IMG/VR virus record: IMGVR_UViG_3300008111_000005
Location: 40,872 to 104,871 of that record
Length of the DNA: 64,000 bases
From: a virus
Strand: one strand, 5' to 3'
Shown one piece after another: positions 9,804-19,529 of the stretch (position 1 is the stretch's first letter; each line of letters begins with the position of its first letter). The notes below the pieces were generated by a model. That model was not told the origin of the DNA, did not search any database, and saw only the letters and a program-made list of their open reading frames with translations. A program made the translations under genes and the position numbers.

Positions 9804-10472
9804 TTAATTAAAACCAAACCAATCACCGTAATGTGATGGGCGTACCGTACCAAAATCTGCACTTATACTTGCTGACAATCGTTTACTTCTTGGAATACAC
9901 TTATGATACCTTCTGTATGGAATATACAACACATCCCCAGGATGTAAAGTGTACACCAAATCTTTTTTTAATAAATCATCATTTAAACAAATAACTTCAT
10001 TTGGATTTCCGTTCCAAGTTTCTGCGTATACTGTCCAATCGGAAATTCCATCTAATTGTAATATTAACACATATTGGGAATCTGCGTGTGCGTGGAATGA
10101 CTTGGAAGTATTTTTCAATCCACCGTAAATATTTGTACTGACATATCTATTTTGTATCTGTGAAAATATATTTGATGCGTAGAATAGTCCTTTGGTATAC
10201 CGTTCCATTGCATTTAATATAAATGATTTACCATCATAAATTTCAGAAGCTATAGTTTTAGTAGGTGTACTACTTGTTTCTGTACTTCTGTATGTTTCTA
10301 TTTTTGATTTATTATCACCAATAATAACAATATCGGAATTGTGGTAATTATCATTTATATAACTTTCTACATTACTCCACGTAAATATAGATTTGGGTGT
10401 ACAAGAATTGGTAAGAACAAATGTACGTTCTTTATCTTCAATAATTTTTTCAAAAACTACATCGTTTACCAT
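9804..10472 (-). CDS. JmjC/cupin-4 (RoxA/NO66-like) Fe/2OG oxygenase
   Basis: SFHAHAD, LQLDGISDW, LHPGDVLYIPYRRYH. Confidence 0.8.
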   Translation of the reverse strand: MVNDVVFEKIIEDKERTFVLTNSCTPKSIFTWSNVESYINDNYHNSDIVIIGDNKSKIETYRSTETSSTPTKTIASEIYDGKSFILNAMERYTKGLFYASNIFSQIQNRYVSTNIYGGLKNTSKSFHAHADSQYVLILQLDGISDWTVYAETWNGNPNEVICLNDDLLKKDLVYTLHPGDVLYIPYRRYHKCIPRSKRLSASISADFGTVRPSHYGDWFGFN

Positions 10473-10828
10473 CTATCCCACTCCCGCATCCACAATCTGT
10501 CAAGTTTACCATAACTAAATCGTGCGAAGTAATCGTATTTTTTCCCGTCTATCGGAATACCATTGTAAAATCTAATATCACCGTGCAAATCTGTCAAGTA
10601 GTCCCTGCGATAAGTACCTTCTACTTTTTTTAAATATCCTTTTACAATAGGTCGTGTTTCATCGTCTACCCATTCATAATCCCACTTCTCACAATATATC
10701 TGACCCTTTGCAGTAATAACATATTGTTCCATAACATTATCAAATGATTTTGTTTGGAATTCTTCGTTAGTAATAAAGGAATATCCCGGTAATTGTATTT
10801 CACATTTTATATAATCAAACATTCCCAT
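10466..10828 (-). CDS. hypothetical phage protein
   Basis: MGMFDYIKC..LP..FQTK; GGAG RBS. Confidence 0.7.
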   Translation of the reverse strand: MGMFDYIKCEIQLPGYSFITNEEFQTKSFDNVMEQYVITAKGQIYCEKWDYEWVDDETRPIVKGYLKKVEGTYRRDYLTDLHGDIRFYNGIPIDGKKYDYFARFSYGKLDRLWMREWDRW

Positions 10829-10831
10829 ACT

Positions 10832-11437
10832 TTACTCCTTTACAAAAGCAGTTTCTTCTGGATTAATTCCTATACTTTCTACATAATATATTTTGTGATT
10901 CACTTTTAATTTTATTGGTAATTTCCAATTAGTGAAGCTATCTTCCCACCATCGTACCCGATTGTTTGGCATGGCTGCGAGATACCCCTCTTCCGACACC
11001 AACATATTAAAACTTTTATCTTGTTGTGGTGCGTTGGAATAACCATCATCATAAAATTCGATTGCCCATCCCAATCCACGGCCGGAAAATTTGTTACCGT
11101 GCGAATCCACCCACTCAGCACTTAATCCTTTGGAAAACTTCATATCTATAATACCAAATTCTGCACCGAAGCATCCCCACACTTGATGAGTATGTAAATT
11201 TTTTGCAGGAGGTATTTGTTTGGTGGTATCTTGTCCAATAACAAGTCCGTGAATGGGTACACCACGATATTGTGCACCATTTTCCAATAACACAGAAAAT
11301 GTCAACGCTTGGGTGGGTCTAACTGAGACTGCATGAATAATACAATTATCTAGTCCAGTGTCCGTTCCATTGGTAATAAATTCACGACGAACTTTACCAT
11401 ATAAGTGATACGGAAGAGATGCGGTCAACGAATACAT
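10832..11437 (-). CDS. hypothetical phage protein
   Basis: 201-aa ORF, TAATG-coupled to the upstream gene. Confidence 0.7.
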   Translation of the reverse strand: MYSLTASLPYHLYGKVRREFITNGTDTGLDNCIIHAVSVRPTQALTFSVLLENGAQYRGVPIHGLVIGQDTTKQIPPAKNLHTHQVWGCFGAEFGIIDMKFSKGLSAEWVDSHGNKFSGRGLGWAIEFYDDGYSNAPQQDKSFNMLVSEEGYLAAMPNNRVRWWEDSFTNWKLPIKLKVNHKIYYVESIGINPEETAFVKE

Positions 11438-12291
11438 TACATTAATTTGGATAATGTTTTAAGTGTGTCTTTATATTCTTCTTGATAATCACGAGTCCAT
11501 CGGTACAATCCAAGAAGTAATTGTGCTCCCTTTTCCGTGGTATGTGCCTTTAACATCAAAGCCTCCAAGGATTCGTTCAATCTGTCTCCCCACTTCTTCG
11601 CGTAACCCAACCAATGGTAATGTGCTTTAAAATCGTGTTGTACGAAACGTAGAGATACTTCAGCTTCACCTAAGAATGAGGCATATGCATGAAGTGACGC
11701 ACTAATGGGACGGCCTGATGCTTTGTGTCCAACAGCAGCTTGTGCTGTGTCATCATAACTATTCACAATAGAGTGATGTAGTTCTTCAACTGGATTTAAG
11801 ACAAATTCATTATTGTGATGTAACATATCGAATACTTCTGGTGTACATCCCTTTCCAAATCCTAGTGCTGTAAATTTCCAATGAATCATTTCGTGATACA
11901 TGTTTCGAACCGTAACCACTGCATCACCAGGAAGAGGAGCCATAACAATCCAAGAATTTGGATATTCAACTGCCGCCAACTGACATGAGAATTCGTTCCT
12001 ATCGGCTGCAAGTTCGATTGGAGTGAATACATCCACTAAATTTGTTATGGTATTCCATATAGTAGGTACTGCTCGTGGAGCAATTTGTGCCAATGTATTT
12101 AAGTGAGAATCGTTATTGGCAAATGAGGTGGGTAATGTAGATGGATTAAAAGAATGAACATACATACCAGAAACTTTCTTATATGGAAATTCTTTTTTAA
12201 CAAATCCCTTTTGCAACTTAATTTGTTTAAACACCTCTACATCATAACCATCGGGTTGTGCTTGGATAACCCTACTATAATCTATTGTCAT
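11437..12291 (-). CDS. HExxH protein, probable alphaKG-HExxH peptide beta-hydroxylase
   Basis: MYHEMIHW followed about 50 aa later by GRPISASLHAYASF; start at ATGA overlap 12291. Confidence 0.6.
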   Translation of the reverse strand: MTIDYSRVIQAQPDGYDVEVFKQIKLQKGFVKKEFPYKKVSGMYVHSFNPSTLPTSFANNDSHLNTLAQIAPRAVPTIWNTITNLVDVFTPIELAADRNEFSCQLAAVEYPNSWIVMAPLPGDAVVTVRNMYHEMIHWKFTALGFGKGCTPEVFDMLHHNNEFVLNPVEELHHSIVNSYDDTAQAAVGHKASGRPISASLHAYASFLGEAEVSLRFVQHDFKAHYHWLGYAKKWGDRLNESLEALMLKAHTTEKGAQLLLGLYRWTRDYQEEYKDTLKTLSKLM

Positions 12292-12662
12292 AAAACCTCT
12301 TCCCATGCATACTGGGCGTTTAATTTAAAGGTACCGACATATCCACCCCAGAACGCTTGAGCAGGATTTACCAGTGATATAAAAGCAGATCCATTTTGCT
12401 TCTTATATAGATAGTAAGTATCCCCAATATTCGGCTTAAAACTTATTGAACTTTCATACAACATTTTATTGATAGAATATTCTCGTACCAACTTTTCATA
12501 ATCCCGTACAACAACATCATACCGTTCTTTAAAATAATGTTTAAACGTGGGAGACACTTCTGCTTTCCAAGTATCAACATCAACTGGATGAATTGTTGCT
12601 GGTGCGTTAGGTGTGATTCCATACGTTAATGCGTTTGGATTTTTATTTTCATCATCGTTCAT
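12288..12662 (-). CDS. DUF2452-like protein
   Basis: SFKPNIGDTYYLY..NG..FISLVNP..W. Confidence 0.6.
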   Translation of the reverse strand: MNDDENKNPNALTYGITPNAPATIHPVDVDTWKAEVSPTFKHYFKERYDVVVRDYEKLVREYSINKMLYESSISFKPNIGDTYYLYKKQNGSAFISLVNPAQAFWGGYVGTFKLNAQYAWEEVL

Positions 12663-13243
12663 AATGCGTAGGTATAGATGTGTTTTGGTTTGGTTTTTAT
12701 TACCTGTACGCCTGGGTCACCACGTTTGTATCTGTTATTGATTTCCACCCCGTATGGTCTATCCACCATAGTAAGTGTGCGAACGTGGAACGATTTTCCG
12801 TCTACCATCAATGTAGTTCCTGGCGCAGTCATACCTTCGTATTTAAAGTTTGCTGCTTTATAAATAATACCTTTGTGTCCTTGCTGTTCGTCTGCATAGC
12901 TGACTACGAATTTCCACTCACTATTTTTTCGTAACCATTTTAATGTCCTACCTACAAAAAAACTTTCAGCGTTCTTTGGCGTGTCATCAATTAAACATAA
13001 TCTACGAAGTTCTAAACATTTGTCAGGATTGGTGGGATAATATTTCTGTGCCGCAGAAGCACCTGCTGGACGGGTATAAACGCAAACACCCACCAATTCT
13101 GGCAGGAATGTTCCTTCGCGAAATAATCCAAATGTTTCTTTTTCTTGTATATTCACATAATCCGAATAATGCCAACGACGAAGAAAATTTCTAACTGTTT
13201 CCGAAAAACTGATATGCTCTACAAAATAGTTTTCTAATGCCAT
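12659..13243 (-). CDS. second Mom-like GNAT DNA-modification protein
   Basis: FLRRWHY, LELRRL, PKNAESFF, VVSYADEQQGHKGIIYKAANF. Confidence 0.7.
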   Translation of the reverse strand: MALENYFVEHISFSETVRNFLRRWHYSDYVNIQEKETFGLFREGTFLPELVGVCVYTRPAGASAAQKYYPTNPDKCLELRRLCLIDDTPKNAESFFVGRTLKWLRKNSEWKFVVSYADEQQGHKGIIYKAANFKYEGMTAPGTTLMVDGKSFHVRTLTMVDRPYGVEINNRYKRGDPGVQVIKTKPKHIYTYAL

Positions 13244-13256
13244 AATCACCTCATAG

Positions 13257-13373
13257 TGGCGGTGGGGGATTCGAACCCCACATAGGTTTCCCTAAGTCCT
13301 TGGCTAGCGTAGTAAAAGATATAACGAGTAGCGAGCCCAATTTACTACCGTCGTCCCGACCGACTGCACCGCC
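13257..13373 (-). ncRNA. tRNA-like RNA with non-canonical central arm
   Basis: GGCGGTG/CACCGCC-A acceptor stem, GTCG/CGAC D-like stem, TAGG-GAAA-CCTA arm, GGGG-TTCGAAT-CCCC T arm; 117 nt, no canonical anticodon arm. Confidence 0.6.
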
Positions 13374-13379
13374 TGTATT

Positions 13380-14480
13380 TTAAAAGTCTCCCAATTCTCT
13401 AATACCGACTCCCACTGGGAAGATGGGTATACCATCTCTGGATAATTCTTGATACCTCACAGTCACATATAAACCAATCAGTTTAGAGCGGTTCTTGTAA
13501 AGTTCTCTACGATTTTCTTGTGATCCTTCCGGACGGCAATTAAAATGCTGTCCATCATCGGTTTCGAGAATAAATATGGCGAGATTCTTATCGCTTCCAT
13601 CACCGTCAATAATATCAACAATACGATATTCAGCATCAATAAAATCCTTTAATTTAAGTAGTGAATATGACCGTTTTCCAATTTCATACTGCATATCTGG
13701 ATTTCGAATCATCGTTCCTTCAAACCCATCACGAGTGAATGACTTATGCCAGACCAACACATCCGCCTCATTGAAAGCTTCCCACGTAGGAACACGAACA
13801 ACGTTGGGGGGAGCATCGTGGAGAATATCATGAATAATCTGCTGACGTTTCGCATAAGGAAGTTCACTATCCACAATATCATATACGTGATATAAAAGAT
13901 TTGGTGACAATTCTGGACGATATTTCTTGATTGCCGTCATACTCTCCTGCAACAGTACGTTGTTCGGCAACATCAGCTCACCATCAAGAATAAACCCGCC
14001 TGCATCAAACTTCAAGTGCTGAATCACTTCGGGAATGACTTCCTTGTTTCCCCGACTCCAACCGTTCTCACCATCGAACAGCATTCGCATCCCGTTCAAC
14101 TTGGGCTGAACGTAAACAGGAAACTCCACCTTTCCCTTGTGGTCGGAGAACTTATGGGCGAGCATCGGCATTGGACGAACATCTTTCCGTTCACCCTTTG
14201 CACGGAATCCCTTGTCACGTTGCTTCTTGATAACGGCATCATACTCAAAGTCTGCCTGCTCTTGGGAATTTCGTTCATTTGCACGACCAACGTTCGTGGG
14301 AGCAGCAAAGTATGGTTCGGAGGTCTGACGTTTCGTTTCACGACCAGTCTTACTAATCTGGTACCATTCAGTCTGCGTGTAATAGTCTGCACCGTCCTTG
14401 ACGATGTGTAAACGCCAGAACTTTTCACCACCATTCTTGTTTTCGGAAATTAACCATTCACTTGACTTGACGATTTTCAT
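13380..14480 (-). CDS. ATP-dependent DNA ligase
   Basis: PMLAH, QPKLNGMR (KxxG), LDGEL, FEGTMIR, LLKLK; start at ATGA overlap 14480. Confidence 0.92.
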   Translation of the reverse strand: MKIVKSSEWLISENKNGGEKFWRLHIVKDGADYYTQTEWYQISKTGRETKRQTSEPYFAAPTNVGRANERNSQEQADFEYDAVIKKQRDKGFRAKGERKDVRPMPMLAHKFSDHKGKVEFPVYVQPKLNGMRMLFDGENGWSRGNKEVIPEVIQHLKFDAGGFILDGELMLPNNVLLQESMTAIKKYRPELSPNLLYHVYDIVDSELPYAKRQQIIHDILHDAPPNVVRVPTWEAFNEADVLVWHKSFTRDGFEGTMIRNPDMQYEIGKRSYSLLKLKDFIDAEYRIVDIIDGDGSDKNLAIFILETDDGQHFNCRPEGSQENRRELYKNRSKLIGLYVTVRYQELSRDGIPIFPVGVGIRELGDF

Positions 14481-14560
14481 TTGATAACCCTGTCGAGGAT
14501 GAACATAATGATTAAAGAAATCAGAAACAACTTTGCACCGAATAACCAGTCCCATGTCAT
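14477..14560 (-). CDS. 27-aa membrane peptide
   Basis: MTWDWLFGAKLFLISLIIMFILDRVIK; ATGA-coupled at both ends. Confidence 0.5.
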   Translation of the reverse strand: MTWDWLFGAKLFLISLIIMFILDRVIK

Positions 14561-14679
14561 GAAATATCCCTCTCCGAATCCATCTTCATAATAGCATAAC
14601 TGATATGGGCATATATTGCACTAATCAACACGAAGATTGCGAACAATCCCACAATGATAACACTGGTTTTGAATAGCAT
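14557..14679 (-). CDS. 40-aa membrane peptide
   Basis: MLFKTSVIIVGLFAIFVLISAIYAHISYAIMKMDSERDIS; GGAG RBS; first gene after a promoter. Confidence 0.55.
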   Translation of the reverse strand: MLFKTSVIIVGLFAIFVLISAIYAHISYAIMKMDSERDIS

Positions 14680-14709
14680 GTTAATCTCCAAGGAATAGGG
14701 GATGTATGA

Positions 14710-14738
14710 AATATATCACACATCCCACAAAATGTCAA
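14710..14738 (-). promoter_or_regulatory. sigma70-type promoter
   Basis: TTGACA-17 bp-TATATT. Confidence 0.8.
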
Positions 14739-14753
14739 GTCCTTTATTAAATA

Positions 14754-16016
14754 CTATTTAAGAACTTCTAACTTAGGTTTAGTATTTTCTAATTTATAAG
14801 TACCCAAAATTTCTTCACCCAAACTAATATCTTTTAATGCTTTTCCTGTGTTGGAATCCACGTTACCATTTTCTTCTGCGGTGTTCATATACACATAGGG
14901 ATTAGCTAAGTTAAAACAACCGTCTTTATGTAACTTGAACCAATAGAAATTTTCTTTGGTATTTTCATACGATTTCAGAATAATATTCTGCACGTATGTT
15001 GGCAATGCATTAAATTCTTTTGGGGTTACACCATATGTACCACTTTCACCCGTCCATTTTGGAAATACTTCTTCACCTTTTTTAATATCACAGAGAGCAA
15101 ACGTCCCGATACCATGAATTGGACTTGGCGCTGTATCGGTTTTGATACAGTCTCGTACATACTCGTATGCTGTCTTTTTCACTTCATTTACATTGACAAA
15201 CGTATCGGTGTGATTGTGATTATATTGGGTGTTAGTTACGATAACAGTGTTGGACACCAATTTTTGATCTTTGGGATCAACCAAGTTTAATTTGATAGCG
15301 TGTCTGTCCTCACCGATTTCCGTATTATTTCCTACTTCCATTCCATTAAAATAATGCCGCTGCCAATCCTTGTTATGCTTTCCAGCTTTTTTATCTGCAC
15401 TGAATTGCATACGTGAATTATTATACGTATGAAATTTTTCATACAACTCAGGATTTTCATCCAAATGTTTGATTTCAAAATCAAACGTTTCCGCATAATT
15501 GTGTGGAATTGGTTGAATGAAACAGATGGGGTCACCCTTTTTAAACTTTACAATTTTATTTATTTCTGTAACACGCCAGTTCATTGTAAATGTGTAGTTT
15601 AACCAATCTGTTTCAACTACACCCTCCAAAGGATGTGCCCCATCAATAAAGAAATTCGGTGCACCACGAACCAACATATTAACTTTTTCGTTTGTTTTAA
15701 CTAAGAAATCAAATTCAAACGTGATAACTCCGCCAACAAAATGACACTTCACCCACTGATTTGATACGTTATATTCTGGGTCCAACCAAAAGTGCATAGA
15801 ACGTTTGTCTTGTCCACCAAACCAAACAGCACTGATGTCACACGGACATTCAATAACCCATCCGTTTTGATTTGCGATAGTCATTGGAAGGCATCGGTAC
15901 ATATGCTTATACTCGTCCATCCACGTTCTTTTTGGTGATGCAGAACGAACGTTCCACCCAGGGATTAACTTATTTCTTTGATTTCTATAAAACGTAATCT
16001 TGTTTGGTCGTTCCAT
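14754..16016 (-). CDS. DUF6065-like domain fused to SET-like domain
   Basis: YRCLPMTIANQNGW, GVVETDW..YTFTMNW (N-half); SPIHGIGTFALCDIKKGEEV, YMN, ALKDISLGEEILGTY (C-half). Confidence 0.65.
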   Translation of the reverse strand: MERPNKITFYRNQRNKLIPGWNVRSASPKRTWMDEYKHMYRCLPMTIANQNGWVIECPCDISAVWFGGQDKRSMHFWLDPEYNVSNQWVKCHFVGGVITFEFDFLVKTNEKVNMLVRGAPNFFIDGAHPLEGVVETDWLNYTFTMNWRVTEINKIVKFKKGDPICFIQPIPHNYAETFDFEIKHLDENPELYEKFHTYNNSRMQFSADKKAGKHNKDWQRHYFNGMEVGNNTEIGEDRHAIKLNLVDPKDQKLVSNTVIVTNTQYNHNHTDTFVNVNEVKKTAYEYVRDCIKTDTAPSPIHGIGTFALCDIKKGEEVFPKWTGESGTYGVTPKEFNALPTYVQNIILKSYENTKENFYWFKLHKDGCFNLANPYVYMNTAEENGNVDSNTGKALKDISLGEEILGTYKLENTKPKLEVLK

Positions 16017-16025
16017 AATAACCTC

Positions 16026-18548
16026 TTAGAATGAAAAGAATTCATCTGCTTTTTGATTGACATCAGTAGGAAGAAGTCCCCATCCTAATGCACTGTAAAA
16101 ATCTTCTAGTTTTGTTTTTAATTCGTTCACAAACAATGCCTCGTAATCAATATACTGCGAAGCGATATCCGTAATTTCCTTCGGGTCATTGTATCCCTTT
16201 ACGGCAATGGTTTCTAGATTCCACGGATTTGTTTTGAGATACACATACTTAATCTTTTCACCGTCTGAAATTTTTTCATACTTGTTTTGTATGTTAAAAT
16301 GACGCAACATTCGGTTGTATGTAATACACGCCTTTACGTGTGCGGGAGTTCCCTTCTTAAACTCACCCAATTGTTTACCAGCACCCTTTTCATATTCTGA
16401 GATGTTTTTAACCGATGTGTTTCTAGCAACGTTGATATAGTTCTCATTATCCAACGCGACACGAAAATCTAATACTTTTTTATCCATATCACCCTTGGTG
16501 ATGCCACCTAGTACGTCCTTCAATACCCCATTCATAAACGTACGGAATGCCGGCGGAAATGTTGACCGTACTACATCCAATCCCTTAATCTTGATTTTAT
16601 TATCAACATCTAGGTTAGATTCCAAATCATACACCGCGTTCATAGCGTATCGCTTCTTAGCAATCCACACACCCTTACTGGCGACAGACTCACCCTTAAT
16701 ATAGAACCTGTGCTTATCACAGAAAAACAATTCCTTCGACATTACGTTATAGTAGTCGTTCAACTTGTTTTCCACCGCACGAGCCAATTTAATAGTAAAG
16801 TCCTTTGGTTCTGCGTTTTCTGGTAGTAGTGCTTTGGATGAAAAGTATAACGAGTCGGTATCAATATAGATACAATAATCCTTATCGTCTTTCAGTCTGT
16901 CGTTATACAAATTATTTGCAAACTCTGCACTATTCTTAATAACATCTTGTCCCGTTGCTGTAACGGCCAATGCGTTGTCAATGTCAAAGAAACGGAAGAT
17001 AGGAAGTCCAAGAACACCATACAAGGAATTCAAGAAAATCTTCTGAATGTGTTGACGACGATCGTAATAGTCTGCCAACTCTGCGTTACCTTCGTTCTTA
17101 TACTTCTTCATCAAATTCTTATATTCTACTCGTTCTGCGAACCAACGGTCAAGTACTTCTGGAATAATACCCGTCTTGTTAGCATCATACAATACACCAT
17201 TAGAACTGATGTACATATTTGCCGTGTTCATAAACTTAATAAAGTTTTCACGAGGCAAACGAGTAATCGCGTCCGTGTCCTTATCACGTACCAGATAGAT
17301 ATCAATTTCACCCTTACGGTGCTTCTCAACGTCCCAATTCGTCACAAACCCGCGTTTAGTCTCTGGACTAATATTGAGACTCATAATGATACTTGGGTAT
17401 AGTGATTGCAAGTCGAGTGAATAAATCCAATCGTACAAACCTGGTACAGGAGGTTTCACGTATGCACCAGAGAATCCTTCATCATTATTCTCTACACGGT
17501 CATTCATCAACTGCCGACCATCGGCAGGCTTGTTGCTTACCACCAATCCCTTGCGGTGTAGATAGGTAATGATTGTTCCTTCGAGGAACTTGGAGCTGTA
17601 ACAATAATCTTCGTATTGTACATGACCAACGTGACAAATACCACGAACCAACTCAATCAACTTCATTTTCTTGTCAATTTCCACGATGATACGTACGTCT
17701 TGCACGTTATAATCAATAAACTTATCAAGGTCATTTTCAAACAGGTCATCAAGTGACCCTTCGTATTCTACCTTACCCATACCAACTTCAATACGACCAA
17801 TCGTATCCAGACGGTAGTTTTGCTGTTGTCCGTAGGTGAACTTCTTATAAAGGTCAAGATAATCCAGTGATGTCACACCGGCAATCATCCACTTCTTTCG
17901 AAACTTGGAATACTTCAACTTTCCAATAGGGGACAGTCGGTTTGCAATACCGTTTCCACACTGTTGCTTTAACCGATTGTAAAGATAAGGTACGTCAAAA
18001 TAATCACTATTCCATCCCGTAATAATAGTGGGACCGATAGCTTCATATACATCAATGAACTTGTAAAGTAAGTCTAGTTCGTTATCAAAGAAGTACGTGT
18101 CAATATCACCCTTCTTATAGTTTTGTCTAGACCCTGTTTTGTCTAGTACCAATACCGTATATTCCTTCGTGACATTATCATAAAGGGTAACGGCGGTAAC
18201 TTCATTGTTCGGGTTTTCAATATTCGGAATACCATTTTCCATTGACACCTCAATGTCAAAGAAAATAACTTTGTGACCCTTTGATGGTTCGTCACTATCC
18301 AAATATAAATCTGTGATTACACGAGTTTCACGGGGAATATCACTTTCAAATAAGGTTGGGTCATCCCACTTATACATCTTGGTTTTACTAACACGAACAC
18401 CTGTCATACTCAACTTAGACCCATTACGGTCAGCCTTATATGCATAATCAAACTGTGAAAACGGCAACGTGGTATAGCCTTCCTGGTCATCCCAGAGATG
18501 TACTATACCACGACCTTCACCATCTTCAATAAAAATATTCTGATACAT
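16026..18548 (-). CDS. family B DNA polymerase (T4 gp43-like)
   Basis: Exo motifs FDIEV, GWNSDYFD, YNVQD; polymerase motifs DLQSLYPS, KIFLNSLYG, YIDTDS, KKRY; ATG 18548 with AAGGAG. Confidence 0.95.
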   Translation of the reverse strand: MYQNIFIEDGEGRGIVHLWDDQEGYTTLPFSQFDYAYKADRNGSKLSMTGVRVSKTKMYKWDDPTLFESDIPRETRVITDLYLDSDEPSKGHKVIFFDIEVSMENGIPNIENPNNEVTAVTLYDNVTKEYTVLVLDKTGSRQNYKKGDIDTYFFDNELDLLYKFIDVYEAIGPTIITGWNSDYFDVPYLYNRLKQQCGNGIANRLSPIGKLKYSKFRKKWMIAGVTSLDYLDLYKKFTYGQQQNYRLDTIGRIEVGMGKVEYEGSLDDLFENDLDKFIDYNVQDVRIIVEIDKKMKLIELVRGICHVGHVQYEDYCYSSKFLEGTIITYLHRKGLVVSNKPADGRQLMNDRVENNDEGFSGAYVKPPVPGLYDWIYSLDLQSLYPSIIMSLNISPETKRGFVTNWDVEKHRKGEIDIYLVRDKDTDAITRLPRENFIKFMNTANMYISSNGVLYDANKTGIIPEVLDRWFAERVEYKNLMKKYKNEGNAELADYYDRRQHIQKIFLNSLYGVLGLPIFRFFDIDNALAVTATGQDVIKNSAEFANNLYNDRLKDDKDYCIYIDTDSLYFSSKALLPENAEPKDFTIKLARAVENKLNDYYNVMSKELFFCDKHRFYIKGESVASKGVWIAKKRYAMNAVYDLESNLDVDNKIKIKGLDVVRSTFPPAFRTFMNGVLKDVLGGITKGDMDKKVLDFRVALDNENYINVARNTSVKNISEYEKGAGKQLGEFKKGTPAHVKACITYNRMLRHFNIQNKYEKISDGEKIKYVYLKTNPWNLETIAVKGYNDPKEITDIASQYIDYEALFVNELKTKLEDFYSALGWGLLPTDVNQKADEFFSF

Positions 18549-18585
18549 TAACGAGTTCTCCTTGATAGTCTCTCTTAATATATCC

Positions 18586-18804
18586 TTAGTCGGCGTCTTT
18601 GTCAACTCCGAATTTTATCCATCTATACCAAACTCTCTCGTGAATATAATATTGTATTGGTTTCCACAATAATTCTGCTATACCAAACGCAGCACCAACT
18701 TTTATAGATCCACTAACAACCCATATAGTAAAAAATCCAATAGTAGTACTAAGAATTCTATAACTTATTGTTTTTGCTATATGTCGTTTTGGGTGAATCA
18801 TCAT
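18586..18804 (-). CDS. DUF2061-like small membrane protein
   Basis: RHIAKTISYRILST ... YYIHERVW. Confidence 0.7.
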   Translation of the reverse strand: MMIHPKRHIAKTISYRILSTTIGFFTIWVVSGSIKVGAAFGIAELLWKPIQYYIHERVWYRWIKFGVDKDAD

Positions 18805-19529
18805 ATCACATCCTTGTATATAGAACAATATTTGTTCCAGTTTTTATTAAATTCATCTATATTTGTTATTTTAGCTACTAAATTATTATCTATCGTTTTT
18901 TGAACTACTTTGGAATAATTATCTAATTCTGGTAAATCTAAATATTTTAACAATTTTTCTGGATCGTTTACATAATCTTCAATATAAAACACATAATCCG
19001 TTAATTGTTTTATTCTGTGTAATCTGCACAACCACTCAAACCACATAGTAAACATATCTTCGGAAACATATATGCCCGACATCATCTGTCTTTTTTGGTG
19101 TATGATATGTGGATCTCCGTGAAATGTTTTTGTGTACATAGACAAAATAAAACTTAAAAATTGTTGTCGCAAATCTCGTCTTAGTAGGGTTATAGTCTTG
19201 TATCTTTGGTTTTTTATAAATTTATTTATTATGTTATACGACTTACCAACTTTTAAATTAATTATTGGGAGTGGTGTAGTGTCAATTATCTGCTCATACA
19301 GTACATACGGACTGATTTGTTCATATACCGAATTTTCTCTATGTAATATATTTTCTACACCAGCTTTATATTCAAATATTTCTATACTTTTTTGAAAAAT
19401 TTCAGGAGTAGTATTTAATAAATTATCAGCATATTGTTTGTATTCCGGATACTTTATACTCAAACTTTCTAATATCCACGAATGTATTGCAACACTGCTT
19501 GCCCTTGGTAAGCTTATAATGCAGAACAT
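18801..19529 (-). CDS. sulfotransferase-like protein
   Basis: IISLPRASS loop, LLRRDLRQQFLSF, FYIEDY; very AT-rich. Confidence 0.55.
   Translation of the reverse strand: MFCIISLPRASSVAIHSWILESLSIKYPEYKQYADNLLNTTPEIFQKSIEIFEYKAGVENILHRENSVYEQISPYVLYEQIIDTTPLPIINLKVGKSYNIINKFIKNQRYKTITLLRRDLRQQFLSFILSMYTKTFHGDPHIIHQKRQMMSGIYVSEDMFTMWFEWLCRLHRIKQLTDYVFYIEDYVNDPEKLLKYLDLPELDNYSKVVQKTIDNNLVAKITNIDEFNKNWNKYCSIYKDVI

Noticed and set aside
13257-13373. Canonical tRNA-Ala(CGC) or tRNA-Sec
   Set aside because: A CTCGCTA loop exists but on a weak, over-long arm; no G3:U70 pair and no TCA anticodon
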